Shown in pieces: positions 38,746-48,361 of a stretch of 64,000 bases of DNA (positions are counted from its first letter, which is position 1; each line of letters begins with the position of its first letter). The DNA lies in the NCBI GenBank assembly GCA_963668625.2, contig CAXXKA010000006.1, positions 384,001 through 448,000 of the forward strand. Reading direction: 5' to 3'. This DNA is from an uncultured candidate division Zixibacteria bacterium. GTDB lineage: Bacteria; Zixibacteria; MSB-5A5; UBA10806; 4484-95. The translations under genes and the position numbers were made by a program. A model generated the notes under the pieces. The model had not been told where the DNA came from. It saw only the letters and a program-made list of their open reading frames with translations, and did no database searches.

Positions 38746-40512
38746 TTATTTAATGAGTACAGCTTGTTTGGTTTCAGATATACCATCGGCGGTGAGTTTG
38801 TAATAGTAAACGCCGGAGGCGACATCCGAGGCATCCCAGTTAACATGATGTTCACCGGCTGCTAAGTCCTCGTTCATTAAAGTAGTAACTTTAGCGCCAG
38901 TGATATCATAGATATCAATCGTGACATTGCTGGCTACATTTAAGTTAAACGAAATAGTGGTAGTGGCGTTGAACGGGTTGGGGTAGTTCTGGTTTAAAGC
39001 AAAACTAGTAGGCAGGTTAGTTTCCTCATCGATACCCGTAGTCAACAGAGCGTCGGCGGAATACGTCATATAACGCATCGGATTCTCTGTAGCGGAACCT
39101 TCCTCCTGAGGAATACCGCCGGCATCCTTATCGTTGGTGTAGAATACGTGAATATTTTCATCCACAACCTCAGCCAGGCTTGACCAGTGATCACTGTCGC
39201 ACTCACCCGGGAAACAATCAGGAGTATGCGAATTGGTTATATTGATCGGATCTGCCCAGTTTAAACCACCATCACGACTTCCGGTTGCGTAAATCTCGCC
39301 ATTAGCGAAACCACCGGTGGAGACATCAGAGGTGTCAAACTGAGTCCAGGTCGCGAACAGGGCATTATCGGACTCTCTCGTGCCCAGGCTCATCTTACAC
39401 ATCGAACGATTCCATGCGCCGGAGATATCACCCCACAATGAATCCGGGAAATCCTGGATAGTGGTGATCTGATCGGTAGCCTCACTCCAGTGCTCCATGA
39501 ACGTTTTGTAGTAGATACCCTCATCGGTCACCCATTGAGCATTCCATAAGAGCTGGATATCGTCGTTATAGTCGATCAACACATCTAGATCGGTATAGGC
39601 CCAGAGCGAATCGTTGTCGGTGCCGTAGTTGGTCACATTGTTACGGCCATAGCGCCAGTTCCAAGTAGTACCGTCGTCAGAGACATAATAGCAGATATCG
39701 TTGTTCCACTGGGTGGTGGTATCCTGAGTTTTAGGATAGGCCAGCACTACACGGTTGGAAACCGGCGAGGAGGCCATAATGGAGCCGATAACCTGAGCGG
39801 TATCGACCAGTACGAAATTGGACCAGGTTGAGCCACCATCCTCCGAGCGAGTGTAACCAACCCTCTGGATACGGCGATCGGTGTTTTCGCTGGCGACGAC
39901 ATGAATGAAGTTTTGATTATCGACCGTACCATAAGGCCAACTGCAGATACCCGGGCTCTCAGGAGTCTGGGGATACAATTGGTTTGGAATCTGATATTGA
40001 GTGAAGAAACCTAAACCCAGGGGTTCATCCTCTATAGAGACATAGTCGTAGTCACCATTATGATAGAAGATAGCGGCACGGTTGCCATCATAGATATCCA
40101 TATTGGTGTAGCCTGCGCCACTATTCTCACTTACCTGACTACCCTCGTCATTGAAGTAAAAGGCGCCATCAGAATCAACCCAGTTATGGTAAACGTGACG
40201 GGGAGCCGGCGGATAAGGCCAGCCGAATAGTTTCATGAAAGCAAAGTATTTGTTGCCGTTTTCATACAAACAAACACGATTACCGCTGGAGCCGTTGGTT
40301 TGATAATCGTAATAAGTGTAACCAACGATATCGCCCGGTGACTCTGCCACAGCGCCCGGAGTGTAGGGGATAGCATCCGAGATGTTTAATTCCTCTTCCC
40401 CAGTTAAACGCGGCAGGTTTACCTCGGGCATAGTTTTCGAAAGTTCAGCCGAGGCATTGGCAGCGATAAAGATCACTGTCAAGGCAATAACCCATAGTAG
40501 CTTTTTAGCCAT
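38746..40512 (-). CDS. Secreted BNR/sialidase-like propeller with CTD (array B, host-like GC copy)
   Basis: Signal peptide, RSEDGGSTW, SRDGGLNW and QNYPNPFNA...KQAVLIK. Confidence 0.82.
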   Translation of the reverse strand: MAKKLLWVIALTVIFIAANASAELSKTMPEVNLPRLTGEEELNISDAIPYTPGAVAESPGDIVGYTYYDYQTNGSSGNRVCLYENGNKYFAFMKLFGWPYPPAPRHVYHNWVDSDGAFYFNDEGSQVSENSGAGYTNMDIYDGNRAAIFYHNGDYDYVSIEDEPLGLGFFTQYQIPNQLYPQTPESPGICSWPYGTVDNQNFIHVVASENTDRRIQRVGYTRSEDGGSTWSNFVLVDTAQVIGSIMASSPVSNRVVLAYPKTQDTTTQWNNDICYYVSDDGTTWNWRYGRNNVTNYGTDNDSLWAYTDLDVLIDYNDDIQLLWNAQWVTDEGIYYKTFMEHWSEATDQITTIQDFPDSLWGDISGAWNRSMCKMSLGTRESDNALFATWTQFDTSDVSTGGFANGEIYATGSRDGGLNWADPINITNSHTPDCFPGECDSDHWSSLAEVVDENIHVFYTNDKDAGGIPQEEGSATENPMRYMTYSADALLTTGIDEETNLPTSFALNQNYPNPFNATTTISFNLNVASNVTIDIYDITGAKVTTLMNEDLAAGEHHVNWDASDVASGVYYYKLTADGISETKQAVLIK

Positions 40513-40711
40513 TGTTCCTCCTTACTTTGGGCTTTGCATAAAAGCATTTATGTCAGTTAGTTTGACTACAGCTTTTAAGGCAGTATACTTCTGTTTTAAA
40601 GAACTTCTTGATCTGTTTATGGTAAATGAAATATAAACAGAAATTCACGAATGTCAAATAATATATTCATGATGCAGTGCTAAGGTGCAATAAATTAAGG
40701 AAATAGGTATT

Positions 40712-40936
40712 TTACTTAATCGGTACCGCCTTTCTCGTTAAAATGTTCATATCCGTCGTTAGTTTAATGAAATAAATTGCTGAGCAGTAACTAATTGAAT
40801 ACCGGTTGATATTCAGGGGAAGTATCCAGCAAACACTGAATGCGAGTATCGCTATCATCAGACAGGATGCTGATGATGCAGATACGAATACAGCTAAAGA
40901 AATGAGTATTAAAATCGTTACCAGTGATGCGTGCAT
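40712..40936 (-). pseudogene. Remnant: signal peptide joined to a degenerate CTD tail
   Basis: MHASLVTILILISLAVFVSASSA... followed by 'SAIYFIKLTTD...TRKAVPIK', which resembles the neighbouring 'SGxYxYKL...KAVLIK' tails. Confidence 0.45.
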
Positions 40937-41076
40937 GCTCGCACTCCCCAAAATCATTATAGACGAGCATTATATATTAGCTATTATGTCGATGTCGAAC
41001 CTGGTTGCAAGCGCAATGTACCTAACATGATAAAAATATAACTTTTTTACAGGATGTCAAGCTGCTTTTAAGCTTA

Positions 41077-41327
41077 TCATTTAATCAAAACAGCTTTATT
41101 GACCTCTGATTGCTCGCCTGCTTTTAGTCTATAAATATATGTCCCTGATGCCAGCTTATCCGCGTTCCAGTTGATTTTATGCACTCCGGCGGGAAGGTGC
41201 TCTTTGATAAGAGTCTCAACCAGCGCGCCGGTGATATCGTAAATCTCAAGGCTGACCTGCTCCGGCTCTGGCAGCTCGAATGAGATGGTAGTGGTTTGGT
41301 TGAACGGATTGGGGTAGTTTTGCGATA
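41077..41327 (-). repeat. Array B CTD DNA module copy 1
   Basis: Near-identical blocks shared with 42930-43222 and 44953-45246. Confidence 0.92.
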
Positions 41328-42834
41328 AAATATAATCAGATGGTATGTTATCAACTATTCTTGTGTTGTCGACCATCCAATACTCTAAATAGTTTATTGG
41401 ATTTTCGGTTGGGCACCCCTCATTATAAATGCAGCTACCGGCATCTTTATCATTGATATAAATCAAATTTATTGAATAACCATTGTAATTTTCAGCTAAT
41501 GATGACCAATTATCATTAGCACATTCTCCCGGTTGACATCCAGGAGATGCTGAACATGTAATATTACGCATATAATACCAGTGGTTATTATTCTCATATC
41601 GACTTGACATATAAATATCACCATTGCCAAACCCGGAAGCCGCCACATCCGAGGTATCGAATTGCGTCCAGGTGACTACCATTTCATTCCAATTATAAGA
41701 TGCACTTAAATTCATTTTACAGATAGGTCGATTCCAGGCTCCGGAGATATATGTCCATTGCGAGTCTGGGTGATGAGTTATTTCACAAATCTCATTGAAA
41801 TATTCATTATAATACAATAGGTAAGTCCTGAAGTAGACGCTATCCTTAACAACCCATTGAGCATTCCAAACCGCATTGATATCATCATTGTAATCTATAA
41901 CGAAATCCAGATCTGTATATGCGTACAAAGAGTCAGAGTCGTTTTCGTAATCAGTGATATTATGCCTACCGTATCTCCAGTTCCAGCTATGGCCATCCCG
42001 CGACTCGAAGTATACGATATCATTTTTCCATTGAGTGGTTGTATCACATGATTTCGCGTAACCAATAACTACTTTATCAGAAACAGGAGATGTCGTAACA
42101 ACTGAGCTAATAACTTTTACCGTATCAATGAGTACCATATCTGTCCAGGTAATACCGTCGTCATCAGATCTGCAATACGTTAACCTGAACCTGCCTCGAT
42201 CAGCGTATTCATTCATTACTAAATGGATATTGTTATTTCCATCAATTGCTATCGACGATATTGACATACGACCTGAGAAAGCCGGTGAGCTATGACTATA
42301 GCGAGCTGCTGGATAGTAGTGATCAAAGATTCCCACACCCGGTTGATACATCTCGACGGCGACCGTGACGTTTGAATCGTAAGCATCATGATTATAAGAA
42401 ATCGCGCTGGTATTATCATTAAATGCTCCTAATGTCGGAAGTAACGAGGGGGTATTTTCACTTGCACTTCCGCCTTCCTCATCAGCATACCAATCACCAT
42501 CCTCGCTGATCCAGTTAAAATACACATGGCAGGGAGCGGGCGGGAGTGGCCAGCCGAATAACTTAGTCCAGCACATGTAAACTGAGCGATCCTCACATAC
42601 AGCTATTCGGTTACCTGATGAGCCTATTGATTGCTGATCATAAAATGAGTATCCCGCTATATCACCCGGCGAGTCAGTCGCTAAACCATGATTATAAGGA
42701 ATGGCATTAACCATTGAGCTAGTATCAGGTATATATTTAAAATCATGTTCTATTAATTGCATTTTTGCCGACTGCTGAGCTGGTAAAGGGTAGCAAAATA
42801 TTAATATTATTAATACAATAAAGATATTCCTCAT
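41077..42834 (-). CDS. Array B paralog with CTD
   Basis: Homologous to the 38746 ORF (SPGDI.GY, KLFGWP.PP, WNWRYGR, AYTDLD); probable start MRNIF. Confidence 0.85.
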   Translation of the reverse strand: MRNIFIVLIILIFCYPLPAQQSAKMQLIEHDFKYIPDTSSMVNAIPYNHGLATDSPGDIAGYSFYDQQSIGSSGNRIAVCEDRSVYMCWTKLFGWPLPPAPCHVYFNWISEDGDWYADEEGGSASENTPSLLPTLGAFNDNTSAISYNHDAYDSNVTVAVEMYQPGVGIFDHYYPAARYSHSSPAFSGRMSISSIAIDGNNNIHLVMNEYADRGRFRLTYCRSDDDGITWTDMVLIDTVKVISSVVTTSPVSDKVVIGYAKSCDTTTQWKNDIVYFESRDGHSWNWRYGRHNITDYENDSDSLYAYTDLDFVIDYNDDINAVWNAQWVVKDSVYFRTYLLYYNEYFNEICEITHHPDSQWTYISGAWNRPICKMNLSASYNWNEMVVTWTQFDTSDVAASGFGNGDIYMSSRYENNNHWYYMRNITCSASPGCQPGECANDNWSSLAENYNGYSINLIYINDKDAGSCIYNEGCPTENPINYLEYWMVDNTRIVDNIPSDYILSQNYPNPFNQTTTISFELPEPEQVSLEIYDITGALVETLIKEHLPAGVHKINWNADKLASGTYIYRLKAGEQSEVNKAVLIK

Positions 42835-42929
42835 AATGCTTGTTCCTCCCAATCGTACAGTTTGGATAGAGCAATAATTCTTACTCTTATTATAAATGAA
42901 AGCAAATTAGCAGTTACCATTATTAATTA

Positions 42930-43222
42930 CTATTTAATTAAAACGGCTTTATTTATCTTTGATAACTCGCCCGCTTTGAGCTTGTAAAAATACGTCCCTG
43001 ATGCCAGCTTATCCGCGTTCCAGTTGATTTTATGCACTCCGGCGGGAAGGTGCTCTTTGATAAGAGTCTCAACCAGCGCGCCGGTGATATCATAAATCTC
43101 CAGGCTGACCTGCTCCGGCTCTGGCAGCTCGAATGAGATGGTAGTGGTTTGGTTGAACGGATTGGGGTAGTTTTGCGATAGCGATAGCTCGCGGGGGAGA
43201 GGGGAGTTGTCATCGATACCGG
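42930..43222 (-). repeat. Array B CTD DNA module copy 2
   Basis: Central block nearly identical to copy 1; linker shared with copy 3. Confidence 0.92.
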
Positions 43223-44930
43223 TGGTGGCGTCCATTACTATATTAAGAAAGGAGTGGTATTCTGATACATATATATAATGAAAGAATTGTGTTCTGTATC
43301 CCGGCTTGGAAACTTTAATCGAGTGCTCTCCCGCCTCGGGGTAGACACTATAAATACCATTATCTCCCGTGAGAGAACTGGCAGTTGTGTAGAGCACCTC
43401 AACAAGCACGTTTTCGACAGGGGTCACTGAATCACCCTCCGTTATATTGCCTGATAAAGTCCCGCCAAAACCATCAATGATACAGAAATATTCATCATGA
43501 TATTTTACCTCATTGTTAGTCGCGGCGCCTTCACCGAGCATCGCGCTCCCCGGATCTTGATCATTGATATATTCCATGAAAAGTTCATCATGCATATTGC
43601 TTACCATAGATACATAAACTTCACTTGCACAATCTCCCGGCGCGCAGCCGGGTGAAGATGTGGCCGTAAAATTAACCGGTTGTTCCCAATAGTGATACCC
43701 AAAATAAGCAATCGAGTAGTATATATCGCCATTACCGAATCCATCAGCGGAGACATCAAGTGTATCATACTGTGTCCAGGCGATAACATAATTTCCGTTA
43801 TCAATCTGGGTCATATTCATTTTACATATAGGTCGATGCCATGTCGGTTGTATATCCGCCCAGGTAGAATCCGGGTGATGGCATACCTCATCGAGCGTGC
43901 CGATATCCTCATTGAAAAAGTACAGGTATGTTCTGTAATAAACATCCTCCTGCGTTGTCCACTGGGCGTTCCATGCGAGATTGATATTATCATGCGAATC
44001 TATCATCAAATCCAGGTCCGTATACGCCCATAGTGAATCGTCATCATTAGCGTAATTAGTGATATTAACTTTGCCGTTTTCGAAATCCCAGTTTATACCA
44101 TCCTCCGATTCGATATAGACGATATCGTTATGCCACTGTGAACTTAGATCGGAGGGTTTGTGATAGGCTATGACAACTTTATCGCTTGCCGGTGATGCCT
44201 CGATCATCGCGCCTATTACGGTGCAGGTGTCGATTACTACAGGATCAGTCCAATTACGACCACCATCATCTGATTGAGTGTAAGCTAGCCTAAGAGGTCC
44301 ATCGCCTGTGTTCTCGTGCATGATAATGTGAATGACATTGTTTCTATCAACTGCTACCTGCGGCCATAGACAATAACCGGGGTAGTCATCCATCTGCGGA
44401 AATACTTGATTAGGCACAATATGATGATACCAATCATCATGATAATATCCTTCTGCTAAAAATATTACGCCCATAGTATCCCAATTAAAAGACTGAAATG
44501 CCAGGGCATGATAATTCTCATTGAAAATATCAAGCGATGGGAATAAACTTGGTTGATAACCGCTTAATGGTTCCCCCTCCTCGTTTGATGGCCAATGCCC
44601 ACTTCCTCCATTCCAATTATAATAAACCAAACTCGAATCGTTTAGCGTTTGCCAGTCATATGCTTTTATCCAGGTGAAATACATACTGCCATCTACGCAT
44701 ATACCAGTCCTGTTGCCAACAGAACCGATAGATTGCATATCCCAATAGGTATGACCAATTGTAGCGATGTTAGCTACTGCCGGCGCGCTTTCAGGAATAA
44801 TCTCAACCTCGGGTAATTCCTCCGCGCCTGTTATAAACCTGTTATGATCTAAAGGCATTTTATCAGATGATTGCGCGATAAGCATTGAACTGCATAATAA
44901 TAGCATTGATAATATATAGAATTGCCTCAT
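42930..44930 (-). CDS. Array B paralog with carboxypeptidase-regulatory-like domain and CTD
   Basis: Homologous propeller; 'GTLSGNIT...TGDNGIY...VSKPGY' domain; KAVLIK end. Confidence 0.85.
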   Translation of the reverse strand: MRQFYILSMLLLCSSMLIAQSSDKMPLDHNRFITGAEELPEVEIIPESAPAVANIATIGHTYWDMQSIGSVGNRTGICVDGSMYFTWIKAYDWQTLNDSSLVYYNWNGGSGHWPSNEEGEPLSGYQPSLFPSLDIFNENYHALAFQSFNWDTMGVIFLAEGYYHDDWYHHIVPNQVFPQMDDYPGYCLWPQVAVDRNNVIHIIMHENTGDGPLRLAYTQSDDGGRNWTDPVVIDTCTVIGAMIEASPASDKVVIAYHKPSDLSSQWHNDIVYIESEDGINWDFENGKVNITNYANDDDSLWAYTDLDLMIDSHDNINLAWNAQWTTQEDVYYRTYLYFFNEDIGTLDEVCHHPDSTWADIQPTWHRPICKMNMTQIDNGNYVIAWTQYDTLDVSADGFGNGDIYYSIAYFGYHYWEQPVNFTATSSPGCAPGDCASEVYVSMVSNMHDELFMEYINDQDPGSAMLGEGAATNNEVKYHDEYFCIIDGFGGTLSGNITEGDSVTPVENVLVEVLYTTASSLTGDNGIYSVYPEAGEHSIKVSKPGYRTQFFHYIYVSEYHSFLNIVMDATTGIDDNSPLPRELSLSQNYPNPFNQTTTISFELPEPEQVSLEIYDITGALVETLIKEHLPAGVHKINWNADKLASGTYFYKLKAGELSKINKAVLIK

Positions 44931-44952
44931 ACCGTTTACTCCTCATCCATTC

Positions 44953-45246
44953 TCATTTAATCAAAACAGCTTTATTGACCTCTGATTGCTCGCCTGCTTT
45001 GAGCTCGTAAAAATATGTCCCTGATGCCAGCTTGTCCGCGTTCCAGTTAACTTTATGTGCTCCGGCTAAAAGGCGCTCCTCTATAAGAGTCTCGACCAGC
45101 GCGCCGGTGATATCGTAAATCTTTAGCTCGATCTCTCCCGGTTGGGGCAGCTCGAATGAGATGGTGGTGGTTTGGTTGAACGGGTTGGGGTAGTTTTGCG
45201 ATAGCGATAGCTCGCGGGGGAGAGGGGAGTTATCGTCGATGCCGGT
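44953..45246 (-). repeat. Array B CTD DNA module copy 3
   Basis: Terminal ~48 nt identical to copy 1; linker shared with copy 2. Confidence 0.92.
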
Positions 45247-46965
45247 TATTTCGTCCAGTTGGAAACTTACATATGTGTGCGATTCCCATTCAATTTCAAC
45301 TCCATATCTCCAATCAGTACGGTAGCCATCCAGTGATGCTTGAACCTCAATATGACCAATGGGAACGCCAAAATAACACCCGCCATATTCATTAGTTGTA
45401 TCTCTATTACATTCTTGGCCAGAGATGAAGGTGGTTATAATCGCTCCAGGTAAAGGCTCGCCTGATGAGTTCGTGGCAGAGACCATTAAGCTTCCCATAT
45501 CGCCTTGCCAAGCTATGCTTATATCTTGTATTATGATTGGGTTTTCAGTAGCCGAACCTTCATCATATATAATCGAGCCGGGATCTTTATCTTTTATGTA
45601 GCTCATATATTGTGAAAACTGATAATCATTAACGACTGAACATGAAATTTCGCTTTGGCCCTCGCCGGGATAACATCCCGGACTACGTGTGTTGGTAATG
45701 TTTCCATACCGGTACCAGCAATAATTATATTCTGGTATATATGCCTGGTGAAGATCAGCATTACCATAGCCGTTAGTTGAAACGTCAGATGTGTCAAATT
45801 GCGCCCATGTTAAAAAGAAGTTATTTTGTGAATAAGTATAACTTTGACTAAGATTAAGATTGAAAATAGGCCTGTTCCAGATACCGGCAATATCACACCA
45901 CAAGCTTTCCGGGAAGTGATGAACCTCTAATATATCATCTGTATACTCCCTATAATTATACAAATAGGTCCTGTAGTAAACCAGTGAATTGCTAATCCAT
46001 TGAGCTGTCCATACTATTTGAAGGTAATTGTTTTGATCAAAAATAATATCAAGATTGTTATACGCGCTCAAGGAGTCATCATCATTTGAGTAATTGGTGA
46101 TGTTGGTTCCACCATAACGCCAATTCCAGTCTGTTCCGAATTCCGCTATATGATATACAATGTCATTATACCATTGACTTTCATAGCTGAAGGGTTTTAC
46201 ATAAGCGACCGCGACATGGCTGCTATTCTCATTTGCGGATGATTCAATCACACTTGCTGGTAATGTGCAAGTATCGACCAGTTCCGGCTCAATCCAGTGT
46301 TGCCCCTCATTTGAGGATCTTGTGTAATATAAACCAAGCAAGTCGTTTTCAAAAAACTTGTACATCAAAAGATGTATTCTGTTTTGCGAGTCTACTGTGA
46401 TATAAGGCCACATATATCCTTCCGGACAACCAGGTGGATAATAGTAATCGAATACTCCTTGCTCTGATCCTCCACGATCAATTGCAATTGCTATACCCTT
46501 TTGGAAATTAGTATTTCTGCCGTGATACGCAATAACAGCACGATTACCGTAAATAATATCGATACTGGGATGGGCGGCCATTTCTAACGTATCTACTATT
46601 CCTATATTTATGATATTACCATTAGAATCAATCAGAGCATATTTTACATGAGTAAGTGTAGTTGGAGGATACCATTCCGGTAAATCTGTCCAGCAATTAT
46701 AAATATTGCCGTTTTCGCATAAATCAATTCTATTGCCTGATACACAAAATGATTGAAAGTCGTAGTATGTCGTTCCGAGTTCTATATCAGTAACAAACAT
46801 TTCTTGATCAGTATTTCCTGTAGTGTTCCATATATCCTCCAGCGGATTCGGAACAGGAATATTTATCATCGGCATAGTTTTAGACGAATCTGCATAAAGG
46901 GCGATCGATAAAACTAATATTAGTATTGAAATAATAATTACTCGCAAAATACTCCTCCCAATCAT
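44953..46965 (-). CDS. Array B paralog with carboxypeptidase-regulatory-like domain and CTD
   Basis: Homologous propeller; 'GEPLPGA...TNEYG...ASLDGY'; KAVLIK end. Confidence 0.85.
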   Translation of the reverse strand: MIGRSILRVIIISILILVLSIALYADSSKTMPMINIPVPNPLEDIWNTTGNTDQEMFVTDIELGTTYYDFQSFCVSGNRIDLCENGNIYNCWTDLPEWYPPTTLTHVKYALIDSNGNIINIGIVDTLEMAAHPSIDIIYGNRAVIAYHGRNTNFQKGIAIAIDRGGSEQGVFDYYYPPGCPEGYMWPYITVDSQNRIHLLMYKFFENDLLGLYYTRSSNEGQHWIEPELVDTCTLPASVIESSANENSSHVAVAYVKPFSYESQWYNDIVYHIAEFGTDWNWRYGGTNITNYSNDDDSLSAYNNLDIIFDQNNYLQIVWTAQWISNSLVYYRTYLYNYREYTDDILEVHHFPESLWCDIAGIWNRPIFNLNLSQSYTYSQNNFFLTWAQFDTSDVSTNGYGNADLHQAYIPEYNYCWYRYGNITNTRSPGCYPGEGQSEISCSVVNDYQFSQYMSYIKDKDPGSIIYDEGSATENPIIIQDISIAWQGDMGSLMVSATNSSGEPLPGAIITTFISGQECNRDTTNEYGGCYFGVPIGHIEVQASLDGYRTDWRYGVEIEWESHTYVSFQLDEITGIDDNSPLPRELSLSQNYPNPFNQTTTISFELPQPGEIELKIYDITGALVETLIEERLLAGAHKVNWNADKLASGTYFYELKAGEQSEVNKAVLIK

Positions 46966-47088
46966 ACAGTTTGAATAGAACTGATATTCTTACACCCGCC
47001 TACTAAAGAACGAAAATTAACAATATATAGTCAAATAAAAAGATAATAGCAGCATACAAGATGAGGTTATTCCGGAGTTAAGTCCCTC

Positions 47089-47215
47089 GTGGCCGAAGGA
47101 CGTCCTCGGCTGGCAGCTTTCGTTTGCAGGCAGACCAGTTGGGGCGACGCCCGGGCAAGCGATGACGTATCCCAACCAAAAAGAGGTTGGTTCGATCTCA
47201 GGATATCTGCCAGTC
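47089..47215. repeat. REP-like palindromic element (related inverted copy at 62525-62610)
   Basis: GCAGGCAGACC(A/G)GTTGGGGC...GACGTA(T/C)CCCAA shared; nested hairpins. Confidence 0.6.
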
Positions 47216-47260
47216 AAGAGGAAATAACTATATAGGGGATATAAAAACGACTATTAATAT

Positions 47261-48148
47261 CTAACGGTAATGCTTTTCCAGCTTCTCTTTTATCTCATCA
47301 ATGTTTTGTTGATAAAGAAGTGGCGCTGTGTCGATGAATTCCTCGAAATAAACTTTAGCCATGCCCGAATCTCCGATGGCCTCGTAGACATTGCCCAGCA
47401 TCATTTTAGCCGGTGAATAGTGCGGATCGATGCCCAGAACGGTCATGAAATTCTCGATCGCCTGTTCGACCTGGCTGTTATCGAACGCTATGACACCCAT
47501 GTTATAGTACAGCTCGGTGCTTTCCAGGCCGTACTCGCGGGCTTTATTGAAATAGTACAAAGCCGAGTCGGGATGACCCGTAAATCCCAGATCGACACCT
47601 AAATTGAGATAGGCCTCGGGCAATGAATCGTTCAAAGCCAGGGCCTTTTGATAGCAATCAATAGCCTGATCAATACTGTCCATGTAATCGTAGGCCACGC
47701 CGATATCGTATAGTACGCCGACCGAGTCCTCGGTATGCGCCAGCGAACGACTGAAACATATTAACATCTGCTCGCCATCCGAAAATAGCTCGTGAAGGTA
47801 CCCCAGTTTGCGCCACGATTTCGCGTTGGTGGAATCGGCGGCGACCGATTTTTCGTATTGCTCGTACGCGCCGGGTATGTTGTCCTGAAGGTCGTGGTAT
47901 AGTCCGCGAAGGTAATACAGGTGGCTCAATTCAGGGCCGGACTCGTTGATTGCCAGAATATTCTCGGCCTGTTCGATATAGTCGGCGGCATCATTGAAGT
48001 TTTTCTGGTTGATAAATATCTCTACCAGTTCCAGACGGGTACGCCAATCCTTGGGATTATTAGCGGTTATCTCCTGAAGTTTCGAGATATCCTCGGGTTT
48101 GTCGAAATTGGAGGATATCAGGAACAGCGCAAGCAGTACGTATTTCAT
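47261..48148 (-). CDS. Tetratricopeptide repeat protein
   Basis: Multiple TPR motifs (AYLNLG, YYNMGV, MLGNVY); probable start MKYVLL at 48148. Confidence 0.85.
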   Translation of the reverse strand: MKYVLLALFLISSNFDKPEDISKLQEITANNPKDWRTRLELVEIFINQKNFNDAADYIEQAENILAINESGPELSHLYYLRGLYHDLQDNIPGAYEQYEKSVAADSTNAKSWRKLGYLHELFSDGEQMLICFSRSLAHTEDSVGVLYDIGVAYDYMDSIDQAIDCYQKALALNDSLPEAYLNLGVDLGFTGHPDSALYYFNKAREYGLESTELYYNMGVIAFDNSQVEQAIENFMTVLGIDPHYSPAKMMLGNVYEAIGDSGMAKVYFEEFIDTAPLLYQQNIDEIKEKLEKHYR

Positions 48149-48202
48149 GTTATGGATATCGGCGGGAATTGGTTTGGGATGAGTTAAAATATAGTGGCGA
48201 TA

Positions 48203-48282
48203 TGTCATCTCCACGAAAGCGGGAATCTGGTTGATTAACCTCTAAGGTATGATGAGGAGATCCGCGTTTTCACGGGGATAAC
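48203..48282. repeat. Degenerate REP-like element (GTCATCTCCACGAAAGCGGGAATC...GATCCGCGTTTTCACGGGGATAAC)
   Basis: Two imperfect palindromes in inverted arrangement; resembles 27204-27230. Confidence 0.55.
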
Positions 48283-48302
48283 CGACGGCATACAGAGATC
48301 AC

Positions 48303-48330
48303 AAAAAAGCCGGGCGTTTTAACCCGGCTT
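48303..48330 (-). terminator. Intrinsic terminator after cysS
   Basis: AAGCCGGG/CCCGGCTT stem with A-run. Confidence 0.8.
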
Positions 48331-48361
48331 GATTAATTAGCTAATTATCAAAAAGGTTATA

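Noticed and set aside
47160-47215. tRNA-like GGTTCGAT motif
   Set aside because: No cloverleaf, acceptor stem or D-arm; lies within a REP-like element
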